From assembly GCA_963810095.1 (NCBI GenBank), contig CAWEMM010000006.1, positions 320,001 through 384,000 on the forward strand: DNA of 64,000 bases. Reading direction: 5' to 3'. This document shows, piece by piece, positions 55,026 through 64,000 of this stretch (its first letter is position 1; the number at the start of each line of letters is the position of its first letter). The position numbers were made by a program, and so were the translations under genes. The notes beneath the pieces were generated by a model. The model searched no databases and had not been told where the DNA came from. It worked only from the letters and a program-made list of their open reading frames with translations. The DNA is from an uncultured Chloroflexia bacterium. GTDB lineage: Bacteria > Chloroflexota > Anaerolineae > CG2-30-64-16.

Positions 55026-56096
55026 TTACGCCGCGACGGCCAACTCGGGCGCCGGCGGCTCGTCTACTTTCGGCGTCGTGGGGGCGTTGAACAACACTTC
55101 CGCGGCATCTTCCGGCGTGACGGTGTTGATGTAGAACCCCGACCCTTCCTCGAACCCTGCCGGCCGCGTCAGCCGCGGGATGATCTCCATGTGCCAGTGA
55201 TAATCATACTGGATGGTGGACCAGTAGCCGGGCCGGGTGCGCCGGAAGGGCGCCGTGTGGATGAGATAGTTGAACGGCGGGTCGTTCAAGGCATAGCGCA
55301 TTTTCAGCAGGATCGTCTTGAGCGCTTCGGCCATGGCCGCGAACTCGGCGTTTGTGATGTTCACGTAGTCGCTGCTGTGCTGCTTGGGTAGCAGCCAGGT
55401 CTCGTACGGCACCCGAGCTGCAAACGGGCTGACCACGACGAACAGGTCGTTTTCGAAGACGACGCGCTCGCGGGTGAGCCGGGTTTCCTGGCGGATAATG
55501 TCGCAGAACACGCACCGGCGCTTGAAGTCATAGTAGCGCTGCGAACCCTGCAGTTCCTCTTTAACCCGCTTGGGCGTTACGGGCGTGGCGATCAGCTGCG
55601 AGTGGGCATGAGACATCGTCGCACCCGCCAGGTAACCCTGATTCTTGAAGATCAGCACGTACTTGAAGCGATCGTCACCCCCAAGATCGCTCATCCGCTC
55701 GCGGTAGGCCCGCAGCACGTCGCCGATCTGCTGCTCGCTCAAATCCGCCAGCTCGGTCGTGTGCTCGGGGGTTTCGACGATGACCTCGTGTGCCCCCACC
55801 CCCGTCATCATGTCGAAGATCCCCACACCCTCGCGCACGAGTTTGCCTTCGATGCGCAGGACGGGGAACCGGTTCGGAAGCACCCGCACCTGCCATCCGG
55901 GCGTGTTGCGCGTGGTGCCGGCAGAGCGAATAGCGTAAATCTCCGTCGGGTCTCGCCCCTCCTGGCCCCCACAAAAAACGCACGGTTCGGGCTGACGAGT
56001 CGCCGACAGCACCGGCGCCTGGTCGGGGCGCAGCCCGCGCTCGGGCGCAATGATTACCCAGCGACCCATGACCGGATCGCGACGTAGCTCCGACAA
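55026..56096 (-). CDS. galT: Galactose-1-phosphate uridylyltransferase
   Basis: ELRRDP..WVIIAPERGLRP, CVFC, NRFPVL, GAHEVIVETPEH, FKNQG..AGAT..HAHSQ, YHWHMEI. Confidence 0.92.
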   Translation of the reverse strand: MSELRRDPVMGRWVIIAPERGLRPDQAPVLSATRQPEPCVFCGGQEGRDPTEIYAIRSAGTTRNTPGWQVRVLPNRFPVLRIEGKLVREGVGIFDMMTGVGAHEVIVETPEHTTELADLSEQQIGDVLRAYRERMSDLGGDDRFKYVLIFKNQGYLAGATMSHAHSQLIATPVTPKRVKEELQGSQRYYDFKRRCVFCDIIRQETRLTRERVVFENDLFVVVSPFAARVPYETWLLPKQHSSDYVNITNAEFAAMAEALKTILLKMRYALNDPPFNYLIHTAPFRRTRPGYWSTIQYDYHWHMEIIPRLTRPAGFEEGSGFYINTVTPEDAAEVLFNAPTTPKVDEPPAPELAVAA

Positions 56097-56286
56097 CTTG
56101 GCCTCCCTTGGCCCGCGGCGCCTGTTACCACCCTTGACGCTGCAACAATACCTTGGGCCGATTCCTACCTCTACCAGCCTACACCACCCCAGTTACAGGA
56201 CCCATTGCGATTGTAACTGCCGGCACGACGGCCCTCAGCAAGCCGGCATACGGCTGCTGCAACCGGCTCACGCCGAGCTTCAGGTT

Positions 56287-57712
56287 CTACTGCGGCCGGG
56301 TGTTCTGCCAGATCCATGCCACGAGGTGGAACCCTTGCGCCGAGATGATGGCCCAGCCCGCGGCACGCAAACCCCGTCGCTCTGGCAGGGCGCGCACCAG
56401 TAACCAACCCAGCAGCAGCGCCGTGGGCACTGCGGCCGGCGAGAACAGGTCCCAGTCCTTCTGCCCGCCATAGTCCGCATTCCAGACAAGCGTCAGCACC
56501 AGGTAGAACGCCACCATGAGCGCCAGAAAGACGCCTTCCCGGCCCAAGTTCCGCAACCGGTTCCACCCCAGCACGAGCACCAGCACGAGGGTCAGCCAAA
56601 TCATCGGCGCCACAAGCAACTGCTGGTTCACGATGTCGGCCAGGTGTCCGAGCGAGAACATCGTGTAGTGCTGCCACTCAGTTGTGATTCTGGTCAGCGG
56701 GACGAACCAACTCCGGTCGCCGCCGCCCGGAAAATCCACGCCCATCAGCGCGTCGATCCCGTGCCCGCCGGCGCTCATCAGGGCAACGACGCCGCCCAGC
56801 ACCAGGAGATATGGGATGACGACGCTCAACACCGAGCGCGTATCTATACGCACACTACTGCTCAAGACGTCATGCGAAGGTTGGACGTTCCTTTGGCGTA
56901 CCGCGAAAGATGCGAAAGCGAGATACAGGAGGCTCGGGGCCAAGACAATCGTCGAAGGGTGGAAGGCGTTCGTCAGCGCGAGCGTGGTGGCGGGCCATAC
57001 GAGCGCGGCCTTGCCCCGCAGGCACAGAACCGCGAGGTAAGTATAGATGATCACGCCCAGCGTCATCAGCGAGTAGTTCTCGATGTAGCCGAAGAACAGC
57101 TCCATCGTCCCAAGCGTCAGGACCAGGCCCACGAACAACACGCGCTCTGTGCGGTTGCGGCCCAAGGCCGCGGCCAGCCCAAGGAGCACCCAGACGAAGA
57201 GCATGCCCGCCAGCACGCCGAAGATGCGGTACACGGGGATCGGATCCGGCCACCCGAAGAGTGCGTTCCCGAGTTGAAACGCCTTCGCGTGCACAAACAC
57301 GTCGAGCGGCGCCTGCCACACGTACGTGAGCCGGTAGGGCTCGGGGAGCGCCTTGACCAGGATCACCGCATCGCCCCAACGGAGGTGGCGGATGCGGAAC
57401 AGCACGAAGAACACGCCCGCGAGAATGGAGATCAGAGCCGCGGACCGGAGGCGCTGTGAAGCTGATGCGGCCCAACCCGGCCCGCAACCGGGGCACGCGC
57501 TCCCACAGCCACTCCCCACCCAGCGCAAGCGCCAACGCGACGAGAGCGAACACGACGGCGACCGCGGCCGGCAGATACCTGACCGGCCAGAGACCCCAGG
57601 CCACTTGTTCGGGCAGAAAATACGCCGCGAAGTTGAGCAGGATCATAAACGCCGCCGCGACGCGAATCGCAGCAAGCAGGCGGCGGGAGGTGGGGGAAAG
57701 TGTGTATGGCAT
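56287..57712 (-). CDS. Polytopic membrane protein, possibly GT-C-like (frameshift near 57450)
   Basis: More than 10 TM segments; RWGD, FFGYIENYS, AFHP, DWDLF motifs. Confidence 0.7.
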
Positions 57713-57803
57713 CGGATGCTTCGGGCGAACGTTGTCCCGTGATTATACCGCGGCGGCCGCTGGATGCCAACCCGATTTGGTCAATCGCTCTCAAAAGGGT
57801 ACA

Positions 57804-59592
57804 ATGGCCAATACTCGGACGATGATCCTGAAAACGATACTCCTCCACCCCTTGGGTCCCGCGCTGATCCTGATCCTTGGCGGCGCCGTTCTGGCGGTAT
57901 TGCGGCGAATCGTGCGGCGCAGAGCCGTGCTCGCGCAGATGATCGCCGGCCGCCCGCTGAGCGAGCCGCCGAAGTCTCGCCTGATCGAGATCCGTCTGCC
58001 AATTGCGTTGCTCGCCGTGCTGGGTGCGACCGCGCTCCTGGTGTATCTGCGCACACTTTACCCGCGCCCGGTGCTCGCATGGGTGTGGCAGCCCCTGACG
58101 GTGGCGGGCAGCACGCTCGAGTGGCGGCTGGACTCCTGGAACTGGCTGGCGGCAGCGGTCATTCTCGGCCTGACCGCCGTGGCAGCGCTCTATGCCGAAG
58201 CCGTGGCGGCGCTCGAGGGACGTCCGCGCCTCGACGTTTACGGCGCGGACCTGGAGCGAACGCTCTGGCTGGGCGCGGCCGGGTTGTTGTTCGTCGCTTC
58301 CGGCAACCTCCTGACCCTCGCCAGCAGTTGGCTCATCCTGGACGCCGCGCTGGCCGTCCGGCTGCATCTTGATACGGGGGAGGCGGCGACAAATGGGGCC
58401 TCGCTGCCGAAAGCCTCGGCCCGCGCCTGGGGTTCGCTCACGCTGAGCGGTATGCTGATCCTCATCCTGCTCGCTTCGCTGGGGGAAAGCGGCATCCGTT
58501 CTAACCTGACCGCGCCGAAGCTAACCGAGCTTCAGATCACCCTGCTCTGGGTGGCTGCCCTGGTGCGCGCCGGCGTGTACCCGCTGCACTTCTGGCTTTC
58601 GGGTGCGAAAGATGTGTCGCAGTCGAACTGGCTGCCCGTGCAACTCATTGGGGCTTCGGCAGGTCTATGGTTGTTGGGCCAGGTGCATGCACTGGCCGGG
58701 CCGGGTTTCCTGCGCCAACCCGAGTGGATCGCCTTAAGCGCGCTGGCCCTTCTGGGCACCTCGCTGAGTCGCGTGGACGGTGCAGGACGGCAAGGAGCGC
58801 TGGCGATGGATCGCGCTCAATCGCGCCAGCCTGGCGGTCATGGCCGCCTACACCGCAGGGGCGCCGGGGCCAGACGCGCTGGTCTGGTCTCTCGTCACCT
58901 TTGCGCTCGGCTGCGCGCTGCTGGCCGCCGGCCAGGCCCTCGCCGAGCGAAAGGGATGGCGGCTCCCATCGATCCTGGCGGCCCTGGCCCTCTGGGGCAT
59001 GCCGGCGACGGTCGGATTTATGGCCCGCAGCGTGCTGGTCTTTCCAACCGAATCGGCGGTCGCCGCCCCACTGTTCGCGGTCGTCTTGCTGGCCGAGGTA
59101 CTGCTGGTCGCGTCGCTGTGGCAGGCCGTCAACTTCGATTTTGCCCCCCAGGGCGGCACACCGCGGGCGGGCCGCCGGAGCACTGTACTTCTGGCCGTCA
59201 CGGTCGTGGTGCTGGTCGTGCCGCTGGTCGGGTTTGGCGTGTTCCCCCGCACATTGGCGGGTTTGGCCGGCCGGCCGCCCGGGGAAAACCTCGACGGGCT
59301 GCTCGCCGCGGTCTCGCAGACTCGGCGCTCGGTCTGGGCGGGCCTGGCCCTGGCGGCCGTGGCCGGCATCGGTCTGGGCATTTATCGTGAGCGTCTCCTG
59401 AGCCAGGTGCGCGGCTGGCAGGCAGGAATTGCTACCATCGCGAGCCTCGAATGGCTTTACGTTGGCCTGGCCGCGGGCTTCCGGCTTCTCGGCGGCGGCC
59501 TCCGGTACTTTGCGACCCTGGGCGAAGGGGAGGGCTACCTCGGTTGGCTGTTCCTGGCGGCCTTCATCCTGTGGGTCCTGCTTCGCGGATAA
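57804..59592 (+). CDS. Degenerate NuoL/M/N-MrpD-like membrane protein (frameshift near 58770)
   Basis: LEWRLD, SGNLLTLASSW, RAGVYPLHFWL, LWGMPATVGF, TLGEGEGYLGW; many TMs. Confidence 0.7.
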
Positions 59593-59607
59593 GCTACGTG
59601 ACGACCT

Positions 59608-60413
59608 ATGTCGCTTGGTGATCTCTTTCGCCAGCTGAGCCTCCTGATCGGCGCCCCTGCCGTGATCCTGGCCGGTATCGGCGCGGTCCTGATCGTCGTG
59701 CCCCGTGACTGGCGGATCGTCCTCTTCGGGTATGCAATCTTGACCGTGATGTTGTCGCTGCTGCTGTCGCAGGTTGTGCCCACCGAGTGGGCGCTGCAGC
59801 AGGCCATTGCGGGCGGGATGGTCGCGATCATGTTGTTTCTTTCGGCGCGCCAGCTGCGCGGTTCGACCCAGATCGGGCTGCCCCGGTCGGCAGCGTGGCC
59901 GCGCGTCGCCTCGCTCACGCCGTTTCGCGCCCTGGCCGTCGGTCTTGCCGCCGTGACGTTCGCGGCCGTCCGCGAGACCGTGAACGTGCCCCTCATTTCT
60001 CCGCTCTTCAGAGATGCCGTGCTCTGGCTGGGGCTGCTCGGGCTGGTGGGCCTGGCGCTGCATGAAGAACCGCTCCATGCAGGCCTCAGCCTGCTTACTT
60101 TCCTGGGCGCAGCCGAACTGGTGATCTTCACGCTGATCCAGCGGCAGATGCTGGTTGGCATCCTGCAGGGCGGCCAGGTGCTGCTCGGGCTGGCCATCGC
60201 GTACCTTGTCGTCGCACACGGCCTTGCGCGCGCCCCGACCCGCTGTGGGATGGAGGTATGGACGATTCGGCCTTGCAGAGTCCCGGCCAGGGTGCGCGCC
60301 TCGAGAGCGCGCGGGGCTCGGGCGCCAGCCCAACCGAGGGCCAGTATACCGGTGAAGGATCGGCGTCCGATGGCATGCCCTCTGAGGCAATCGCCTCCGG
60401 AGGAAGCTCATGA
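59608..60413 (+). CDS. Integral membrane protein (about 6-7 TM), hypothetical
   Basis: PRDWR motif and hydrophobic segments. A frameshift near 60240 gives a stop overlapping the next start (ATGA at 60410-60413). Confidence 0.65.
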
Positions 60414-61810
60414 TCCCCGGTCCGCTGCTCCTGCTGGGTTTGCTGCTCTTTGCAGCGGTGGCCGTGTACATCCTGCGCCGCATCGAGCCGCTCGCCGCAC
60501 TTGTCGCGTCGGGCCTGTCCCTCCTCATTGCCGTTGGCTTATGGCGGCTGCCGCTCAACGCGCCGAGCAAGTTGCTGGGCCGGCCCGTCGCAATGGGCCA
60601 GTTGCTCACCTGGCAGGATGTTTCTCTGCGCATCACGCCGGCCTCCCGGGCCCTGCTGGTCTTCCTGTTTGCCATGGCCGCCGTCGCTTTCATCCTGGCG
60701 TGGCGAACGTACCAGGGGCGCACCTTCTATCCGTTTGGCCTGATCCTGCTCGCGCTGTGGAGCGTGGTCGTGATGCTCCAGCCGCTGACGCTGGCGCCGC
60801 TCGGAGTGGTCCTCGCTGCCATCCTCGCCGTGTTCCTGATCCAGGCCGGTCGTCCCGGTGAGACCCACGGCGCGTGGCGACAGCTCATGTTCCCGACGCT
60901 GGCCGTGCCGTTCTTCCTCGTCGCGGCCTGGTTTATCGAGCAGGCCCCGCTGAACCCAGACGACCAAACGCCGCTTCAAATCGCGGGCTGGCTGCTCATC
61001 GCCGGCTTCGTGCTCCTGATCCAGCCGGCACCGCTTCACGTGGCCGTTCCTGCGGTGGCCGGACAAGCCCCGCCGGTTGTCGCCGCGTTCCTCTGGTCGG
61101 GCGGACAAGCCATCACCCTGTTCCTGCTGCAGCGCTTCCTGGTGACCTACCCCTGGCTCGGGGATGCAGTGGATAGTGCGCGCTGGTTGCTGTGGCTCGG
61201 CGTCTTCACGGCCGTGCTGGGCGGGGTGGTGGCTGCAACCCAACGCCGGCTGGGCCGCATGGCCGGCTACGCCGCGCTGTACGACTACGGCATCCTCATC
61301 GTCGCGCTGGGGCTCCGGGGGACGGCGGGCTTGCCCACGGCCATCTGGCTGCTGGTCACCCGCACATTCTCGCTGTTCACCCTGGCCGCAGGCGCGGCGG
61401 GCATCCGTCACTACATGGCTTCCGATGCTTACGACCGCATCCGCGGCGCAGCTTCCCGGCTTCCATGGGCCGTGGTCGCGCTCATTGCGGGAGGCTTCGG
61501 GCTGGCCGGGCTGCCCCTGACGGCCCAGTTTGCCTCGCGTTGGGCGCTGCTGCAGCTCGTGGGCGAAACCGACCCTCGCTGGGCCATGCTGCTGATCGTC
61601 GGTGCGGTCGGCGTGATTATCGGCGTCGTCCGTGCGGGACAGGCCTGCTTCGGGGAACTGCGGTCGTCGCCGGTCGAACGCGAGCCGGTTCTGCTAGCCG
61701 TGGTGGCCTTCGTCCTGGTTGCGGTGGGCGTGATACTGGGCCTGTTCCCCCAACTGCTGACCGGCCCCGTGGCAGCCGTCATTCTCCCTCTGTCAATCCT
61801 CGAACCCTGA
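60410..61810 (+). CDS. Proton-conducting membrane transporter-like (MrpD/NuoN-like) protein, degenerate
   Basis: QPAPLHVAVP, TQRRLGRMAGYA, FGLAGLPLTAQFASRW, LGLFPQ; about 13 TM. Confidence 0.8.
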   Translation: MIPGPLLLLGLLLFAAVAVYILRRIEPLAALVASGLSLLIAVGLWRLPLNAPSKLLGRPVAMGQLLTWQDVSLRITPASRALLVFLFAMAAVAFILAWRTYQGRTFYPFGLILLALWSVVVMLQPLTLAPLGVVLAAILAVFLIQAGRPGETHGAWRQLMFPTLAVPFFLVAAWFIEQAPLNPDDQTPLQIAGWLLIAGFVLLIQPAPLHVAVPAVAGQAPPVVAAFLWSGGQAITLFLLQRFLVTYPWLGDAVDSARWLLWLGVFTAVLGGVVAATQRRLGRMAGYAALYDYGILIVALGLRGTAGLPTAIWLLVTRTFSLFTLAAGAAGIRHYMASDAYDRIRGAASRLPWAVVALIAGGFGLAGLPLTAQFASRWALLQLVGETDPRWAMLLIVGAVGVIIGVVRAGQACFGELRSSPVEREPVLLAVVAFVLVAVGVILGLFPQLLTGPVAAVILPLSILEP

Positions 61811-61898
61811 ATCTGATAGGTTTTGAGAGCCCGCGCAGCTTATATTTTCGGAACGCTTGCTAGACCTTCCCCGTTTTTATAGTGGAGACAAGTGAACT

Positions 61899-63218
61899 AT
61901 GGCACGATCTTCGCGCGTCAGCGGTTTCTATAACCTCGCCCCCCTGGAGCGGCAGCGCATCGTGGCGGACTGGGCCGCCATCTCGCCCGAGCAGTCGACC
62001 GCCATCGGGGAACTGTTGGGCGCGCCCGGCGGGCTGACGCTCGAACAGGCCGACAAGATGGTCGAGAACGTGGTGGGCATCTACGGGCTGCCACTTGGTA
62101 TTGCGACCAACTTCGTCGTGAACGGCCGGGATGTGCTGGTTCCGATGGTCATCGAGGAACCCTCGGTGGTGGCCGGAGCAAGCTTTGCAGCACGCCTTGC
62201 GCGTGCCGGCGGCGGCTTCCATGCCGAGAGCACCGAGCCGCTGATGATCGGCCAGATGCAGGTGATCGGTGCGCCCGACCTCGGGGACGCGTGCGAGAAG
62301 GTCGAAGCCGGCAAGCAGCGCCTGCTGGACCTGGCCAACAGCACAGACCCGGTCGTGGTCAGCCTCCACGGCGGCGCGCGCGACGTCGAGGTTCGGGAGA
62401 TCCCCGAAAGCCCGGTAGGGCCGCTGCTAGTGGTTCACCTGATCTACGACTGCCGCGATGCGATGGGCGCAAACATGGTCAACACGGCCTGCGAAGCCCT
62501 CGCGCCGCTGGTAGAAGAGATGACCGGGGGCCGGGTTAACCTGCGCATCCTCTCCAACCTCGCCGACCGCCGGCTTGCGCGTGCACGCTGCGTCGTGCCG
62601 GCCAAGGAGTTGGCCACGGAAGGGATGAGCGGGGAACTGGTGGCGCAGCGGATCGTCGAGGCCTACGCGCTCGCCGCGGTCGACCCGTATCGCGCAGCCA
62701 CCCATAATAAGGGCGTCATGAACGGTGTGGACGCGGTCGTCATGGCGACCGGCAACGACTGGCGAGCCATCGAGGCCGGGGCGCACGCCTATGCAGCACG
62801 GGACGGCCGCTACCGCTCGCTCTCGACGTGGTCCCTCGTCTCTGAGAGCGATGGGATGGGCGCCAGGCTGGTGGGCAGCGTCGAACTGCCGATGGCCGTT
62901 GGCACGGTGGGCGGCGCAACCCGCGTTCATCCCCTGGCCCGCTTCGCACTGCAGCTTATGGGCGTGAAGAGCGCCCGCGAGTTGGCGGAGATCATCGCTG
63001 CCGTGGGGCTTGCGCAGAACCTGGCGGCGATCCGGGCCCTGGCGACCGAGGGCATTCAGAAAGGGCACATGGCCCTGCACGCCCGGCAAGTTGCCATTGC
63101 CGCCGGCGCACAAACAGACGAGGTCGACGCCGTGAGCGCGGTGCTCGTCGCCGAACGCCAGATTCGGGTGGACCGGGCCAAGGAAGTACTCGCGGGAATG
63201 CGAGCGGAAAAGACTTGA
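61899..63218 (+). CDS. mvaA: HMG-CoA reductase, class II
   Basis: ENVVG, EEPSVVA, DAMGANMVN, RILSN, RAATHNKG, GNDWRAIEAG, EGIQKGHMALH. Confidence 0.95.
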   Translation: MARSSRVSGFYNLAPLERQRIVADWAAISPEQSTAIGELLGAPGGLTLEQADKMVENVVGIYGLPLGIATNFVVNGRDVLVPMVIEEPSVVAGASFAARLARAGGGFHAESTEPLMIGQMQVIGAPDLGDACEKVEAGKQRLLDLANSTDPVVVSLHGGARDVEVREIPESPVGPLLVVHLIYDCRDAMGANMVNTACEALAPLVEEMTGGRVNLRILSNLADRRLARARCVVPAKELATEGMSGELVAQRIVEAYALAAVDPYRAATHNKGVMNGVDAVVMATGNDWRAIEAGAHAYAARDGRYRSLSTWSLVSESDGMGARLVGSVELPMAVGTVGGATRVHPLARFALQLMGVKSARELAEIIAAVGLAQNLAAIRALATEGIQKGHMALHARQVAIAAGAQTDEVDAVSAVLVAERQIRVDRAKEVLAGMRAEKT

Positions 63219-63244
63219 CAAAACCTAGACAAAGTATATATAAT
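63215..63244 (+). promoter_or_regulatory. Sigma70-type promoter upstream of HMG-CoA synthase
   Basis: TTGACA (63215-63220), 18 nt, TATAAT (63239-63244). Confidence 0.65.
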
Positions 63245-63343
63245 AGCTATGCAGCTTACAGAGAGTGACCTGTCAAATGGATACTATATTCCCAAGAGAT
63301 AGCGTCGGGCAAAGGCCCGAAGCGGCTGCGGAGGACCAGGGAA

Positions 63344-64000
63344 ATGCTTAACCAACTCGTGATGTTGGCATCGTCGGTTACGGCGCGTACGTGCCGAGAT
63401 ATCGCCTGCCCGCCTCCGAAGTCGCACGTGTGTGGACGGACGGATCGGGCGGCCTCCCGATCAAGGAAAAGGCCGTCGCAGGGCTGGATGAAGACACGCT
63501 GACGATGTCCGTGGAAGCGGCCCGAAACGCCTTGATGCGGGCCCAAATCGATCCGAGCCAGATCCGTGCGGTCTGGGTTGGCAGCGAGTCTCACCCGTAT
63601 GCGGTGAAGCCCACGTCTACCATCGTCGCCGAAGCCATCGGCGCGGCCCCGTATACGCAGGCGGCCGACCTCGAGTTTGCTTGCAAGGCGGGCAGCGAAG
63701 CAATCGTCATGGGCATGGGCATTGTCGGCTCGGACATGGGCCGCTACGTGCTGGCGATCGGGATGGACACGGCCCAGGGGCGGCCTGGCGACGCATTAGA
63801 GTACACGGCGGCTTCCGGGGGCGCGGCCTATATTATCGGTCCCGCGGAAGAAAGCGTCGCCGTATATGAAGCGGCCCTGTCGCACGTCACGGATACGCCC
63901 GATTTCTGGCGCCGGGCCTACTCGCACTACCCGAGCCACGGTCACCGCTTCACGGGCGAGCCGGCGTACTTCGAACACATCGTGAGCGCGGGACAGGAGC
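63344..64000 (+). CDS. mvaS: HMG-CoA synthase, archaeal type (partial; indel near start)
   Basis: [76 protein letters not shown]. Confidence 0.92.

Overview
High-GC bacterial chromosomal window with about 50 protein-coding genes. It is most likely from Chloroflexota (Anaerolineae-like); this is inferred from the class II HMG-CoA reductase plus archaeal-type HMG-CoA synthase, a Trp T-box, and characteristic small hypothetical proteins. About half of the genes, including housekeeping trpS and ppdK, are split by single-base indels. This points to an unpolished long-read consensus, so split genes are annotated as single CDSs. No rRNA, tRNA, CRISPR array or transposase was recognised. Best leads: (1) a histidine-utilisation-like operon (16.2-21.8 kb) whose lyase, hydratase and amidohydrolase all carry substitutions at normally conserved substrate-binding motifs, suggesting catabolism of a modified histidine; (2) a ferredoxin / FAD oxidoreductase / His-rich membrane protein / 21-heme cytochrome operon with a 198-bp tandem three-heme module (11.4-15.4 kb); (3) a cytoplasmic subtilase plus patatin phospholipase pair (31.5-34.7 kb), a candidate protease-activated defence module; (4) kamA plus an ATP-grasp ligase preceded by an unassigned multibranch leader RNA; (5) degenerate Mrp/complex-I-like membrane genes running into the mevalonate genes; (6) two families of intergenic palindromic repeats and a 35-bp AT-rich inverted repeat. 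All motif comparisons are by eye against remembered family consensus; no searches were run.
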